A stretch of 62,038 nucleotides of DNA, from assembly GCA_050246815.1 (NCBI GenBank), contig JBFWVI010000014.1, forward strand, positions 1 through 62,038. Reading direction: 5' to 3'. The position numbers were made by a program, and so were the translations under genes. Each line of letters opens with the position of its first letter. Positions within the stretch are counted from its first letter, which is position 1. The notes below the pieces were generated by a model. That model saw nothing but the letters and a program-made list of their open reading frames with translations, was not told the origin of the DNA and did not search any database. The DNA comes from Bdellovibrionales bacterium. Its GTDB lineage: Bacteria; Bdellovibrionota; Bdellovibrionia; Bdellovibrionales; UBA1609. This document shows, piece after piece, positions 37,472-47,516 of this stretch.

Positions 37472-38523
37472 GGCACTTCGCTCAACAGCTCATGAATTGC
37501 AGCTCGAACCTCTTCAGCCATTGGCACCGAGGCATCCTCGAGTTTTGGATGCAAACCGATGCCTGGCAGATTTTTCCCGGCCAGAACTTTGGGCCGCGCC
37601 AGCAACTCGTAAAATAAATCTTGAGTCGCACGATAGGCCAAGTGTTCGCCAAAGTTGGTCACTTCCGTGTCCTCGTTTAAAAACAGCACTCGGCCTGTCT
37701 TCTGAATGGACGCTTTCACGCTCTGCCAATCATAGGGATAAAGCGAGCGCAGATCGAGGACCTCCAGGTGGATTCCGTCTGCACGCATTTCATCCGCCAA
37801 CTTATTGGCGATCAAAACATGGCGACCGTAGGTTACAATACTGGCGTGCTCACCCTCTCGCGTGATCTTGGCTTTGCCAATGGGCACCACGAATTTTTCA
37901 AGCTCAGGCCACTTGGCGCGCCACTTCGAACGATCGCCAATTGGTGCATCAATCATGGCTTTCAATGTTTTTTCGTCAGCGGGCTCGCCCGGGATCAGTT
38001 CATCACCCTTCACCCGTAACAAAGCTTTGGGCTTCAAAAACAGCACCGGGTTGGGATCTTCAATCGCCGCCAGCATCAAACCATAAGCATCGAGCGGATT
38101 TGACGGCATCACCACTTTCCAGCCCGGCAAACGAGTCGCCCAGGCATCAAAGCTGTGACTGTGATAGATCGAACCATGAATACCTGCTCCCACCGGAGTC
38201 ATGACCACGATCGGCATAGGATACTGGCCGTTGCTGCACCACAGAGTGTTGCCGGCAATTTTTAAAAGATCGATAGTGTTAAAAATGTAATCGCAAAATT
38301 GAATCTCGGCCACGCAGCGCTCGCCGGCCAAACCAATACCCATGGCCATGCCGATCACGCCACGTTCATCCAATGGTGTGTTCCAAGTGTTTTTCAGCCC
38401 TTGGGTGGCGGTAAAAACACCCCCCAGAGGCATACCGACATCCTGACCAAAAATATCGTTCACGTTCAAGTGACGTTCGCCGTAATGCAGCGCCATGCGA
38501 ATGGCTTGTGCCATATTTGCCAT
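37468..38523 (-). CDS. 2-oxoacid (branched-chain/pyruvate-type) dehydrogenase E1 beta subunit
   Basis: GGVFTAT, NTPLDE, AEIQFCDY, HSHS and DLRSLYP motifs; TAATG coupling to the alpha gene. Confidence 0.93.
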   Translation of the reverse strand: MANMAQAIRMALHYGERHLNVNDIFGQDVGMPLGGVFTATQGLKNTWNTPLDERGVIGMAMGIGLAGERCVAEIQFCDYIFNTIDLLKIAGNTLWCSNGQYPMPIVVMTPVGAGIHGSIYHSHSFDAWATRLPGWKVVMPSNPLDAYGLMLAAIEDPNPVLFLKPKALLRVKGDELIPGEPADEKTLKAMIDAPIGDRSKWRAKWPELEKFVVPIGKAKITREGEHASIVTYGRHVLIANKLADEMRADGIHLEVLDLRSLYPYDWQSVKASIQKTGRVLFLNEDTEVTNFGEHLAYRATQDLFYELLARPKVLAGKNLPGIGLHPKLEDASVPMAEEVRAAIHELLSEVP

Positions 38524-39611
38524 TAGAACTTCCTCCAATCGGCATTTTCTGAGTCAACGTAGACGTGATCCCAAATCGTTGAAGCATCCGGCTCGGGCTC
38601 ACCACGAACGGTCTCTTGCGCTTGACGAGCCTCATCTTCAAAGCGCGCCCACAGTTCTTTAACCTCGCTGTCTTTGACAACACCATAGCTGAGCATTTTG
38701 TCTTCAAATAAACGCACGCAGTCCACTTCGCTAACCGGATTCGCCCCTGAAGCCGAAGAGTGTCCGTAAAGACGTGAGACCATGGCTTCTAACAACACAG
38801 GCTTGCCCGTGCGACGGATATAGTCCATATGCGTTTGCAGTTGCTGATAGGTCTCGATGGGATCATTGCCATTGATGACCGCCGTCTTCATATTAAAAGC
38901 GCGGCCGCGATCGGCAATATGGGTTTCGCCGTGTTGGGAGGCATAATCTGTTGAAATCCCCCAACGGTTGTTTTGCACCGAAATCAACATCGGCAGTTCA
39001 CTGCCCGGGCGCGTGGCCCAAATCAGGCAGGTGGCAAAATCGCCTTCTGCGGTACCCGCATCGCCACCTGTCACAATGGTGATGCCTTTACTTTTTTGCC
39101 GCTGCTGCACACGGGCCGTTCCCAAAGCTATGCCATACTGCACTTCAATTGGAGATGTGATGGGAGCCACGTTCCACTGCGGAAAGCAGTAGTGATTCGA
39201 AAAATTGCGACCACCAGTCGAGGGATCCGTCGCACGATTCATCATCAGCCGAATCGAATCGATCATCGGCATACCCATGGCTATCAAGGTCGGCGTTGCT
39301 CGGTAATGCATATGCAAAAAATCATGTTTGGTTCCTTGGCCTTTATTCACGAGAAGTCCAAGTGGAACGCCCCAAGCCTCTTCGCCAGGGCCACCAATCC
39401 AAAAGAAGGACTCACCGGCTTTGTAGATTTTGATCAAACGCTCTTCCAAAACTCGCGACTTCACCATCAGCCCGTGAATTTGGCGCAAAAGTTCTTTGGG
39501 CAAAGGCAACTGCTTGCCCGTTCTTTTGGCAGCTTTGCGAACCACGGACTTGGAGCCCGTTTTGGGGCGAGGCTTCTTTTTAGGCACTGTGGTGCTCTGT
39601 ATTTGGGCCAT
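38523..39611 (-). CDS. 2-oxoacid dehydrogenase E1 alpha subunit (TPP-dependent)
   Basis: GDAGTAEGDF...QNN TPP motif, GNDP and RLYGHSS. Confidence 0.93.
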   Translation of the reverse strand: MAQIQSTTVPKKKPRPKTGSKSVVRKAAKRTGKQLPLPKELLRQIHGLMVKSRVLEERLIKIYKAGESFFWIGGPGEEAWGVPLGLLVNKGQGTKHDFLHMHYRATPTLIAMGMPMIDSIRLMMNRATDPSTGGRNFSNHYCFPQWNVAPITSPIEVQYGIALGTARVQQRQKSKGITIVTGGDAGTAEGDFATCLIWATRPGSELPMLISVQNNRWGISTDYASQHGETHIADRGRAFNMKTAVINGNDPIETYQQLQTHMDYIRRTGKPVLLEAMVSRLYGHSSASGANPVSEVDCVRLFEDKMLSYGVVKDSEVKELWARFEDEARQAQETVRGEPEPDASTIWDHVYVDSENADWRKF

Positions 39612-39659
39612 GGGACCTCCGTCCCATAGGCCTACCGAAGGGCTGTAAGAATGTCAAAA

Positions 39660-41789
39660 TCAGTTGGCGGATTCAGCCGCTTTCACTGAAGGGTCTTTGG
39701 TTTTCGTCGCATCTTTATTGGCTCCCACCGTGATCTGCGGCCCCGTCAATTCAACGGCCAAATCCACGGCCACATTCAAGGCCTCCTGGATATCGGCGCG
39801 TTCAAGATATTTCTTTTTGCGCTCTTCGCGAGTCAGATTGGCGTTCTTATCGGCCTCATCAGCCAAATGGTCTTCAGAAGATTCCGGATTCTTGTCAGTG
39901 CCGTCTTTTTTACCCTTGGTTTTATCCTTGGTTAGGTCGCCGACAACAATCTCAGACCCCTTCTTTTTAATTTTCGAAATCTCATCTTTTACTTTTTTGA
40001 ACTCTGCACTTTTGCCAACACGCGCGAGCGATTTGGTTCTCAGCTTCTGGATGGTGCTGTCGGTCAACTGTTTCCAGATGCCTTTGCCTTCTGCCACGTA
40101 AGCGGCAGGCGAAAGGAAATCTTTGATCTTTTTAGGCGGAAGCGAGTAGTCCAACGTCTTTTCGCCGATGTCGTCGGTCGAATAAACGCTGGGCCACACG
40201 ATGCTGGCGTCCACACCGCGATGCTGGGTCGAATTACCACCCGGAATAAAAAACATGCCCACCGTGGTTTTGATCGCACCCAAACCCGGTGGTAAATATT
40301 CCACCGATTGCACGGTTCCTTTGCCAAAGGTATGGTCACCGCCGACCACAACCGCACGTTTGTAATCTTGTAATGTGCCGGACACGATCTCCGAAGCGCT
40401 GGCACTCACACGGCTGATCAAGACGACCAAGGGACCGCTCCAATCCACTGAAGGATCCGTGTCTTTAAGAACTTCATATTCAAATTGCTCTGGCTCTGCC
40501 GTTCGACTTGATTGCTTCACTACGTTGCCTGCGGCAAAAAACAAGCCCCCGATATCCACAGCGTCTTTCAAAGAACCGCCACCGTTGGACGAAAGATCCA
40601 AGACCACCGCATCCGCATTATTTTTGGCCGCGTCGGCCAACAATTTTTTCATGTCACGGGCCGCCGAAGGGCCGTCTTTGCGGTTGTCGGCATAGAACGA
40701 AGGCAGATTCAACAAGCCGATTTTCTTTTTCACGCCGTCGACTTCTTTGTCAATGTACGTGATATTGGCGGCCTCGTCTTCTAACTTGATTTGATCGCGT
40801 ACCAAAACCAGTTCGAAGCGCTCGGCCTCTTTGACGCCTTTGCGCAAAATCTTCAGCTTAACCTTCGAACCTTTTGGACCGCGAATCAATCGAACGACAT
40901 CACGAAGTTCCATTTCGATGACGTTTTGAAAGTCCCCGCTATCACCTTGCGCGACCGCGATGATTTTGTCTTTGGGTTTCAGCTTGGTCGAATTCGAGGC
41001 GGCGCCGCCCGGAATCAGCTGTTCAATAACGGTAAAGCCATCTTGCGAACTCAAAGTTGCGCCAATGCCTTCCAACGAAAGCCGCATTTGAATTTCGAAG
41101 TCCTCCAACGCGTCCGCCGAAAGAAAGCTTGAGTGCGGATCAAGCGAACGAGCGAACGAATCCAAATAATTCGACCAAACGTCTTGCTCATCCATCTCTT
41201 TCACCCGACGGGCCAAACGTTCATAGTTGCGCACCACTTGGCTCTTGGCTTCGTCCAACTTCATGTCTGTCGCCAAATAAGTGGTGATTTGATATTGCAT
41301 ATAGGATTCGTGGTACTTGTTGACCTCGGCCGGCGTTTTGGGGCGCTTGCGGGCATCGGGATCCAAAGTGATTTTAGTTTTGGGGTTGTAGACAAATTTC
41401 AGGCCCAGGTACTTTTTGGCGTAAGCCACTCGCTCATCGACTTTTTGCTGAAATAGTTTTTGCACTTGCTTGATGCCCGAACAGTCACGATTTTGGATTT
41501 TTTTAAACACACCACCCAAAGTTTTGCGCACGCCTTGCACGTCTTTTTCCATCAGATAAAGTTTTTGCGGATCCAAACGTTTCACGTACTGATCAATCGT
41601 GCGCGCTTCAAGGTTCGCGTTGAGCTGGCTGAAGTTGGTGTGTTTTTCCAGGTACTTCATTTGAATTGGATAAAGATGCACACAACTTAGTTCGAGCGAT
41701 TGCCCGCGCGTAAATTGCGCTTGGGCCGAGAGGGCCGAAAAGCTTAATGTGAACAGCAACCAACGCAACTTAACCACCTGAAATTTCAT
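39660..41789 (-). CDS. prc: Carboxy-terminal processing (tail-specific) protease, S41A
   Basis: Signal peptide; DPHS; PDZ GIGA; DLSSNGGG, SASASEI, GKGTVQ and STQHRGV motifs. Confidence 0.93.
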   Translation of the reverse strand: MKFQVVKLRWLLFTLSFSALSAQAQFTRGQSLELSCVHLYPIQMKYLEKHTNFSQLNANLEARTIDQYVKRLDPQKLYLMEKDVQGVRKTLGGVFKKIQNRDCSGIKQVQKLFQQKVDERVAYAKKYLGLKFVYNPKTKITLDPDARKRPKTPAEVNKYHESYMQYQITTYLATDMKLDEAKSQVVRNYERLARRVKEMDEQDVWSNYLDSFARSLDPHSSFLSADALEDFEIQMRLSLEGIGATLSSQDGFTVIEQLIPGGAASNSTKLKPKDKIIAVAQGDSGDFQNVIEMELRDVVRLIRGPKGSKVKLKILRKGVKEAERFELVLVRDQIKLEDEAANITYIDKEVDGVKKKIGLLNLPSFYADNRKDGPSAARDMKKLLADAAKNNADAVVLDLSSNGGGSLKDAVDIGGLFFAAGNVVKQSSRTAEPEQFEYEVLKDTDPSVDWSGPLVVLISRVSASASEIVSGTLQDYKRAVVVGGDHTFGKGTVQSVEYLPPGLGAIKTTVGMFFIPGGNSTQHRGVDASIVWPSVYSTDDIGEKTLDYSLPPKKIKDFLSPAAYVAEGKGIWKQLTDSTIQKLRTKSLARVGKSAEFKKVKDEISKIKKKGSEIVVGDLTKDKTKGKKDGTDKNPESSEDHLADEADKNANLTREERKKKYLERADIQEALNVAVDLAVELTGPQITVGANKDATKTKDPSVKAAESAN

Positions 41790-41809
41790 GATGTTCTCCT
41801 GTGTACTGA

Positions 41810-41835
41810 TTATCGGCTTTTACTCCAATGTCTTC
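41810..41835 (-). promoter_or_regulatory. Putative sigma28 promoter of prc
   Basis: GAAG-N14-GCCGATAA (perfect -10 box). Confidence 0.55.
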
Positions 41836-41939
41836 CACACGGATTTTGACTTGCGCACCGCATACAAACAGGTTGTCGCCAAGACTTCACAATTATTCTC
41901 TCGCTTTGAAACAGAAGCCAAATGACGCAACAGCCAATT

Positions 41940-42800
41940 CTAAAAAAGAGACAGCTGTTCCACACTTGGCAGTAAGATTTGGTCAACGGTGTACCGAGGG
42001 AATACCTCGCGCTTCACGAACTGACCACGGTGGGTCTCAATCACAAAGAACGAGTTTTGCGGAAACTCGCTCTTGAGTCGAGTCATCTCTTCCATGATCA
42101 GGCGGATGTTCTCTGGATCATCGTCGGACATACCAAAACGATGATGCTGATTTTCTCCATAAACCCGAAAAGCCTCAAGCACCGAAGCCCGAATGGCCGC
42201 TTGCTTTAAACGTGGAATAGGCGTGTCTTGAGGCAGCCCCAGCTCACTTTTGATGCGCGGGTGAGAAACCGGCAAAAGCTTCAGGTAGTTGGGCTCGTGA
42301 GGCAAATATCCTCCGCGTACCATCAACTGAAAGCCCGCTTTCAAAGTTTCGGGGTGGTGGCCCCTGGCCGTGATCAGGGCCATCGGCCGGCGATTAAAAA
42401 CCGCGTGACGAAAACAAGACCAACTAGGTCCTTGCCAATGAAAATCCGGAAACCCCAAAGCTGCTGCCAAATCTTGCAAAAAGGGTTGGCGACGGCCAAT
42501 CCAGCGCTGCAACAGCCCTAAGTCCTGATCGCGAAAGCTGCGAAATGTCCCACGCTGGTCGTCATAGTCGATGGAATAGTCTTGGTAGGGCCCGCGACGC
42601 CCGATGTGAGCGCTATGCTCGGCATACTCGCGGCTCGAAAGCTTCAGTTCTCGACGATCGCTTTTATGAAAAATGAAGATCGGGGTTGAGAGAAAGGCCA
42701 CGTTGTCGTCGAAGTCGAAAAAATAAAAACTGCGCCCGCCCTTGGCAAGGTTGCGATCCGGCTCCAGCTCTTTAGTTATGCCCAACTCAATTTGACTCAA
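41940..42800 (-). CDS. Uncharacterised HAD-like protein
   Basis: FFDFDDN (motif I), ITARGH (motif II), K and GMSDDD (motif IV). Confidence 0.7.
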   Translation of the reverse strand: MSQIELGITKELEPDRNLAKGGRSFYFFDFDDNVAFLSTPIFIFHKSDRRELKLSSREYAEHSAHIGRRGPYQDYSIDYDDQRGTFRSFRDQDLGLLQRWIGRRQPFLQDLAAALGFPDFHWQGPSWSCFRHAVFNRRPMALITARGHHPETLKAGFQLMVRGGYLPHEPNYLKLLPVSHPRIKSELGLPQDTPIPRLKQAAIRASVLEAFRVYGENQHHRFGMSDDDPENIRLIMEEMTRLKSEFPQNSFFVIETHRGQFVKREVFPRYTVDQILLPSVEQLSLF

Positions 42801-42860
42801 ACCCGCCCCCGCTATTACGCGACGCAGTGGAATCTAGCAAAAATACGGCTGAATGGCAAA

Positions 42861-45602
42861 TCAGCCGCGGGTTTGCGGGTTTGAGGCTGGTTTTTTCACG
42901 ATGACCTTCTTCGTCTCCGTGGCCTTGGCGGCGGCGGCCACGGCTGGGGCTTTAGCCGCTTTTGGGGTTTTAGCTTTTGCGGCCTTGGGTTTTGCAGGTT
43001 TATCGGTCGCCGCTTTTTTACTTTTACCGCCTTTAGCCGCCTTGAGCTCCGCCTTTTCGGCGATCAGCTTCACGGCCAAATCCAAGGTGAGATCTTCGGG
43101 CTTCACATCATCCGGCAGCGAAATATTCATCTTGCCGACCTTGATGTAGGGACCGTACTTACCCGTGAACACTTGGATTTCTTCTTGCGAAACCGGATGT
43201 TTGCCCATTTCGCGGATGGGCGTCGAGCGACCACGCATCTTCTTTGGCTGCGCGAATAGCTCCAGCGCCCGCTTCAGGTCCACGTCAAAAATATTATCCG
43301 TCTTGGGAATCGAGCGAAAATCGCCATCATGAACCACATACGGACCAAAGCGGCCCAAGCCCTTTTTGATTTCTTTGCCGGTTTCAGGGTGTGGCCCCAA
43401 GGTCTTGGGCAGCTCTAGCAACGAAAGGGCGAGCGGCAGAGTGACCTGTGCAGGATCGATTGTGGCGGGAATGGCCATGCGTTTTGGTTTTCCCTCTGGC
43501 GCCTCATCCACTTCACCAAGCTGCACATATGGGCCATAGCGACCGGACAAGACATAAACTGGCAACCCGGTGTTGGGATCTTTACCTAAAGCATCTGCTC
43601 CGCTGACTTTTTGATCGATCAATTTGTTGGCGATCTCGGACGTCATGTCGCCCGGAAATTGATTGTCAGGCAGTGAAGCGCAAACATCCTCACCATTTTC
43701 CTCACGGCAAACGTAAGCGCCATAGCGACCGATACGGAAACTCAAATTATTCAAACCCGCTAAATTGATCGAGCGCGATTCTTCTCCATCGATATTTTTC
43801 TCTTGGGTGGTGACTTGGGATTTCAGCCCCTCTTTGCCAAGGTAAATCGTGCCCAAATACTTCACCCAATCCAAATCTCCGTTGGCGATATCATCTAGGC
43901 GTTCTTCCATGCCGGATGTGAATTTCAAATCGACAAAGTTGGGCAAGTATTTGCTTAGGAGCTTCGAAACCACCAAGGCCGTAAAGGTCGGGACCAAGGC
44001 ATTGCCCACCTTCTTCACATACCCACGATCTTGAATCGTGCTGATGATTGTCGCGTACGTCGACGGGCGCCCAATACCTTCGCGCTCAAGTGTTTGCACA
44101 AGACTTGCTTCCGTGTAACGAGCGGGTGGTTTGGTTTCGTGATCGGTAATTTCAAGGCCTTTACAATCAACCTTATCACCCACTTTCAAGCGGGGCAGTC
44201 GCACTTCGCGCGGCTCTTGGCCCGAATCCTTGGCGTCATCGTCGACTTCCTCCGTGTAAACTTTCAAAAACCCGGGAAACTCAATGGTCAACCCTGAAGC
44301 GGCAAAGACCGCTTGGCCCACCTTAAACTTAACGCTGACTTGTTTTTGCTGAGCATTGACCATTTGCGAGGCGATGGTGCGCTTCCAAATCAATTCATAG
44401 ACTTTCAACAGCGCGCCGCTGAGTCCTGAATCCTCAGGCCGAATGAAGCTTGTTCCCGCAGGGCGAATAGCCTCGTGAGCCTCTTGCGCGCCTTTGGATT
44501 TTTTGGCCGAGTACTCTCTGGCCTCAGCCGGTAAGTAGTTGGCGCCGTACATGTCTTTGATTGATTCGCGAGCAGCTTGCACTGCCTGTTGCGACAAGAA
44601 CGGCGAATCCGTACGCATATATGTGATGAAACCACGTTCGTAAAGTTTTTGCGCCATTTCCATGGTTTCGCGCGAACTCATGCCTAGCTTGCGGTTGGAC
44701 TCTTGTTGCAAAGTAGAGGTGATGAACGGTGGATAGGGTTTACGCGAAATCGGTTTTTCTTCGACCTCGTCAACCGTCCACGCCTGCCCCTTAACTGCGC
44801 TCACAATTTTTTCAGCGTCGGCCTGTAACAAATGACGAACCTGGCCCTTTTTGTCAGCCAAAACGGCTCCGGTTTCACCATCAAAATCTCGCCCGGTGGC
44901 GATTCTTAAGCCATCGAAGGAATGCAAGCGTGACTCGAAGTCGACCTGCTCTTTGCTATTTTGACCGGCAACTGCCCAGTACTTTGTTTTCTTGAAGCGA
45001 ATGCGTTCATGCTCGCGTTCGGCAATCAGGCGCACGGCGACGGATTGCACCCGCCCGGCCGACAAACCATAGGCCACTTTTTTCCAAAGCAGCGGTGAAA
45101 GCGTATAACCCACCAGACGATCCAGCACTCGTCGCGCCTCTTGGGCCCGCACCAGATTCTCATCGATCTCACGAAACTTATGAAGAGCGCCTTCGATGGC
45201 CTCTTTGGTGATCTCGTGAAACACCATTCGCTTGACCGGAACCTTCGGACGCAAAACCTCAACCAAATGCCACGAAATACTTTCCCCTTCGCGGTCTTCG
45301 TCCGTCGCCAGAATCAGTTCATCAGCCTCTGCCAATTTTTCTTTCAAGGTCTTGACGATGCGGGTTTTGGTGCGCGGCACACAATAAACGGGTTGAAAAT
45401 CATGGTCCACATCCACACCCAGATTGGCCCAATGCTCTTTTTTGAATTTCTCGGGAATGTCCTTGGCGGACTGAGGCAAATCTCGAATGTGGCCCATGCA
45501 GGATTCCACCACGTAGTCTTTACCTAAAAACTTGCGAATGGTCTTCGCTTTGGTGGGGGACTCCACCACCACCAACTTCTTGCCGCCTTCACCTTTTGCC
45601 AT
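42861..45602 (-). CDS. topA: DNA topoisomerase I (type IA) with Topo_C repeats and Lys-rich tail
   Basis: VVESPTKAK, ATDEDREGE, SAGRVQS, ITYMRTDS and AHEAIRP motifs; four G(R/K)(Y/F)G(P/A)Y repeats. Confidence 0.97.
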   Translation of the reverse strand: MAKGEGGKKLVVVESPTKAKTIRKFLGKDYVVESCMGHIRDLPQSAKDIPEKFKKEHWANLGVDVDHDFQPVYCVPRTKTRIVKTLKEKLAEADELILATDEDREGESISWHLVEVLRPKVPVKRMVFHEITKEAIEGALHKFREIDENLVRAQEARRVLDRLVGYTLSPLLWKKVAYGLSAGRVQSVAVRLIAEREHERIRFKKTKYWAVAGQNSKEQVDFESRLHSFDGLRIATGRDFDGETGAVLADKKGQVRHLLQADAEKIVSAVKGQAWTVDEVEEKPISRKPYPPFITSTLQQESNRKLGMSSRETMEMAQKLYERGFITYMRTDSPFLSQQAVQAARESIKDMYGANYLPAEAREYSAKKSKGAQEAHEAIRPAGTSFIRPEDSGLSGALLKVYELIWKRTIASQMVNAQQKQVSVKFKVGQAVFAASGLTIEFPGFLKVYTEEVDDDAKDSGQEPREVRLPRLKVGDKVDCKGLEITDHETKPPARYTEASLVQTLEREGIGRPSTYATIISTIQDRGYVKKVGNALVPTFTALVVSKLLSKYLPNFVDLKFTSGMEERLDDIANGDLDWVKYLGTIYLGKEGLKSQVTTQEKNIDGEESRSINLAGLNNLSFRIGRYGAYVCREENGEDVCASLPDNQFPGDMTSEIANKLIDQKVSGADALGKDPNTGLPVYVLSGRYGPYVQLGEVDEAPEGKPKRMAIPATIDPAQVTLPLALSLLELPKTLGPHPETGKEIKKGLGRFGPYVVHDGDFRSIPKTDNIFDVDLKRALELFAQPKKMRGRSTPIREMGKHPVSQEEIQVFTGKYGPYIKVGKMNISLPDDVKPEDLTLDLAVKLIAEKAELKAAKGGKSKKAATDKPAKPKAAKAKTPKAAKAPAVAAAAKATETKKVIVKKPASNPQTRG

Positions 45603-45775
45603 CGATTCAAGGTCCTTTAAATATATATGGATCAATCTATTGGAACAGGTATCATTATTATTCCCACTTCTGCCTTTCGTGGTATAAAAAAAATCACGAA
45701 TCCTAGTGCAATGGTCGAGATTTCGTTTTGATGACTCGTCGCGACTTCGCGGCCAAGTGTTTGAAAGAGTTGAGC

Positions 45776-46549
45776 ATGACTAGTTTGCGGGACTTTCAAC
45801 CAGAACTGATTGAAATCATTTTCACCGACATTGATGGAACCCTAACTTTGGATGGGCGACTGCCCGAAAGCAGTTATCAAGCTTTGTGGCGACTGCACCA
45901 TGCAGGTAAAAAAGTCATCCCCGTCACAGGGCGCCCGGCCGGCTGGTGTGACCTGATCGCCCGCTTTTGGCCGGTGCATGGTGTGGTTGGTGAAAACGGC
46001 GGGCTGCTGTATCGCTACGATGGAAAAAAAATGCGCCGACACGAGTTCATTTCAACCCAAGAGCGCCGCGGCCATCGTGAGAGTCTAAAAAAAATCGCCC
46101 GCGAGGTACGAAACCAGGTGCCCAAAGCACGTATTGCCGCCGATCAGTTTTCCCGTCGCTTTGATTTGGCCATCGACTTTGCCGAGGACGTACAGCCGGC
46201 TCTTACCATGCATGAAATCCAATTGATCAAAACCATTTTCGAAAAACACGGGGCCCACGCCAAAATAAGCAACATTCATGTCAATGGGTGGTTCGGCGAC
46301 TATGATAAATTGAGTGCCTGCAAATGGTATTGTCGCGAATGGTTGAATTTGGATTTGGGCAAAAACCAAAGCAAAGTGGCTTACGTCGGCGACTCACCCA
46401 ATGATGAGCCAATGTTCGCTTTTTTTAAGAATTCCTTTGCCGTGGCCAATGTACGCGAATTTTTACCGCAAATGAAATATCATCCGGCGTATATCACAAA
46501 GGCCAAAGAAGGTTTAGGGTTCGTCGAATTGATCAAGCAGATAGTCTAA
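45776..46549 (+). CDS. HAD-IIB family hydrolase
   Basis: FTDIDGTLT, VTGRPAGW, GENG and GDSPND motifs. Confidence 0.9.
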   Translation: MTSLRDFQPELIEIIFTDIDGTLTLDGRLPESSYQALWRLHHAGKKVIPVTGRPAGWCDLIARFWPVHGVVGENGGLLYRYDGKKMRRHEFISTQERRGHRESLKKIAREVRNQVPKARIAADQFSRRFDLAIDFAEDVQPALTMHEIQLIKTIFEKHGAHAKISNIHVNGWFGDYDKLSACKWYCREWLNLDLGKNQSKVAYVGDSPNDEPMFAFFKNSFAVANVREFLPQMKYHPAYITKAKEGLGFVELIKQIV

Positions 46550-46723
46550 GGCTTGGTAGCCTTCACCATCGCGGGTTTAGATTTCAGCTGTATCACTTCA
46601 ATCCAATGGCCCCTGCAGCACTCGTTTTGACAAGACCTTCCAAAAGCAAAAGCGCCCAAGACTGATGATAAATCTGTCATGTCCAAAGTCTATGCAGCCA
46701 AGACGAATATAGTGGATTTCTAC

Positions 46724-46739
46724 AGGCTCAGATGTTGCT
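46724..46739 (+). promoter_or_regulatory. Possible sigma54 promoter
   Basis: AGGCTCAGATGTTGCT fits GG-N10-GC with TTGCT, about 50 nt before ATG 46789. Confidence 0.4.
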
Positions 46740-46788
46740 TATTTGAAGGGAGTTGGGAATAGGCATCTAATACGCAAAGGGGAGAACC

Positions 46789-47157
46789 ATGAACTCGCGT
46801 TTTGCAAAACTTTTGATCGTCATTTTGTCTCTTTCTGGGACACAAGTTCTGTTTCAAAACTGCTCTCAGGAAATGCAGGGCAACAGCGTTTTTCAAGACA
46901 GCTCCAGCAGCGGCGACGTTGGTGGGGATAGTTGGATCGTTGGCAACGTAAGCTTTGTTGAAGGCAGTGGCTCATCTTATGATTTAAATTCCACCTTGCC
47001 TGCAGGCACGCCTAGCAGCGGCACTTTTTCAGTGGACCCAAGCGGGACACAACTGCCTCAAGGCATGACCCTGTCGGCGGCTGGAATTCTTGCTGTCGGT
47101 AACGCCGCAATCGGCGACACCGCAGGTGTGGTCTTCGTTTACGACACAGGCCCGTAA
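46789..47157 (+). CDS. Small lipoprotein with Ig/He_PIG-like domain
   Basis: GGGGAG SD; LFQNC lipoprotein signal; Ser/Gly linker; LPQGMTLSAAGIL motif. Confidence 0.8.
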   Translation: MNSRFAKLLIVILSLSGTQVLFQNCSQEMQGNSVFQDSSSSGDVGGDSWIVGNVSFVEGSGSSYDLNSTLPAGTPSSGTFSVDPSGTQLPQGMTLSAAGILAVGNAAIGDTAGVVFVYDTGP

Positions 47158-47158
47158 T

Positions 47159-47482
47159 ATGCAAAGACGCCTATTTATTCGTCGATCTTTCGGTTTTTTA
47201 GCAGCCACGGCATTGGGCGGGGTCGCTAAATTGTTATGGGATTCCATTCGTGAGCAAAGCGAATGGAATCTGTCTGCGCTTGAAACACTTAAACCCGGTG
47301 ACCGTGTGGATTTGAACGCCACTTTGCCATCGGGACTAAAAAAAGGTGGAACATTCTCATTGGATCCAAGCTCCACCCCCCTGCCCACTGAACTCAGACT
47401 TTCGCCAAAAGGCATCTTGGAGGTTGTGGGGCAAACCAGCTGGTCAGTTACAGGGTTGGTCTTTTCTTACCAAGAACCTTAG
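47159..47482 (+). CDS. Paralog of the preceding small protein with a Tat-like N-terminus
   Basis: MQRRLFIRRSF followed by a hydrophobic stretch; the domain aligns with 46789 (DLNATLP, GTFSLDPS, LP..L.LS..GIL.V, G.VF.Y). Confidence 0.75.
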   Translation: MQRRLFIRRSFGFLAATALGGVAKLLWDSIREQSEWNLSALETLKPGDRVDLNATLPSGLKKGGTFSLDPSSTPLPTELRLSPKGILEVVGQTSWSVTGLVFSYQEP

Positions 47483-47516
47483 AGATCCTTGGCGCGCCCA
47501 CCGCAAAAGCCACGCG

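Noticed and set aside
38973..39629. 218-aa antisense ORF, and similar shadows such as 47346-47930, 51984-52523 and 55665-56306
   Set aside because: They overlap well-supported genes, lack SD sequences and motifs, and are expected from codon bias.
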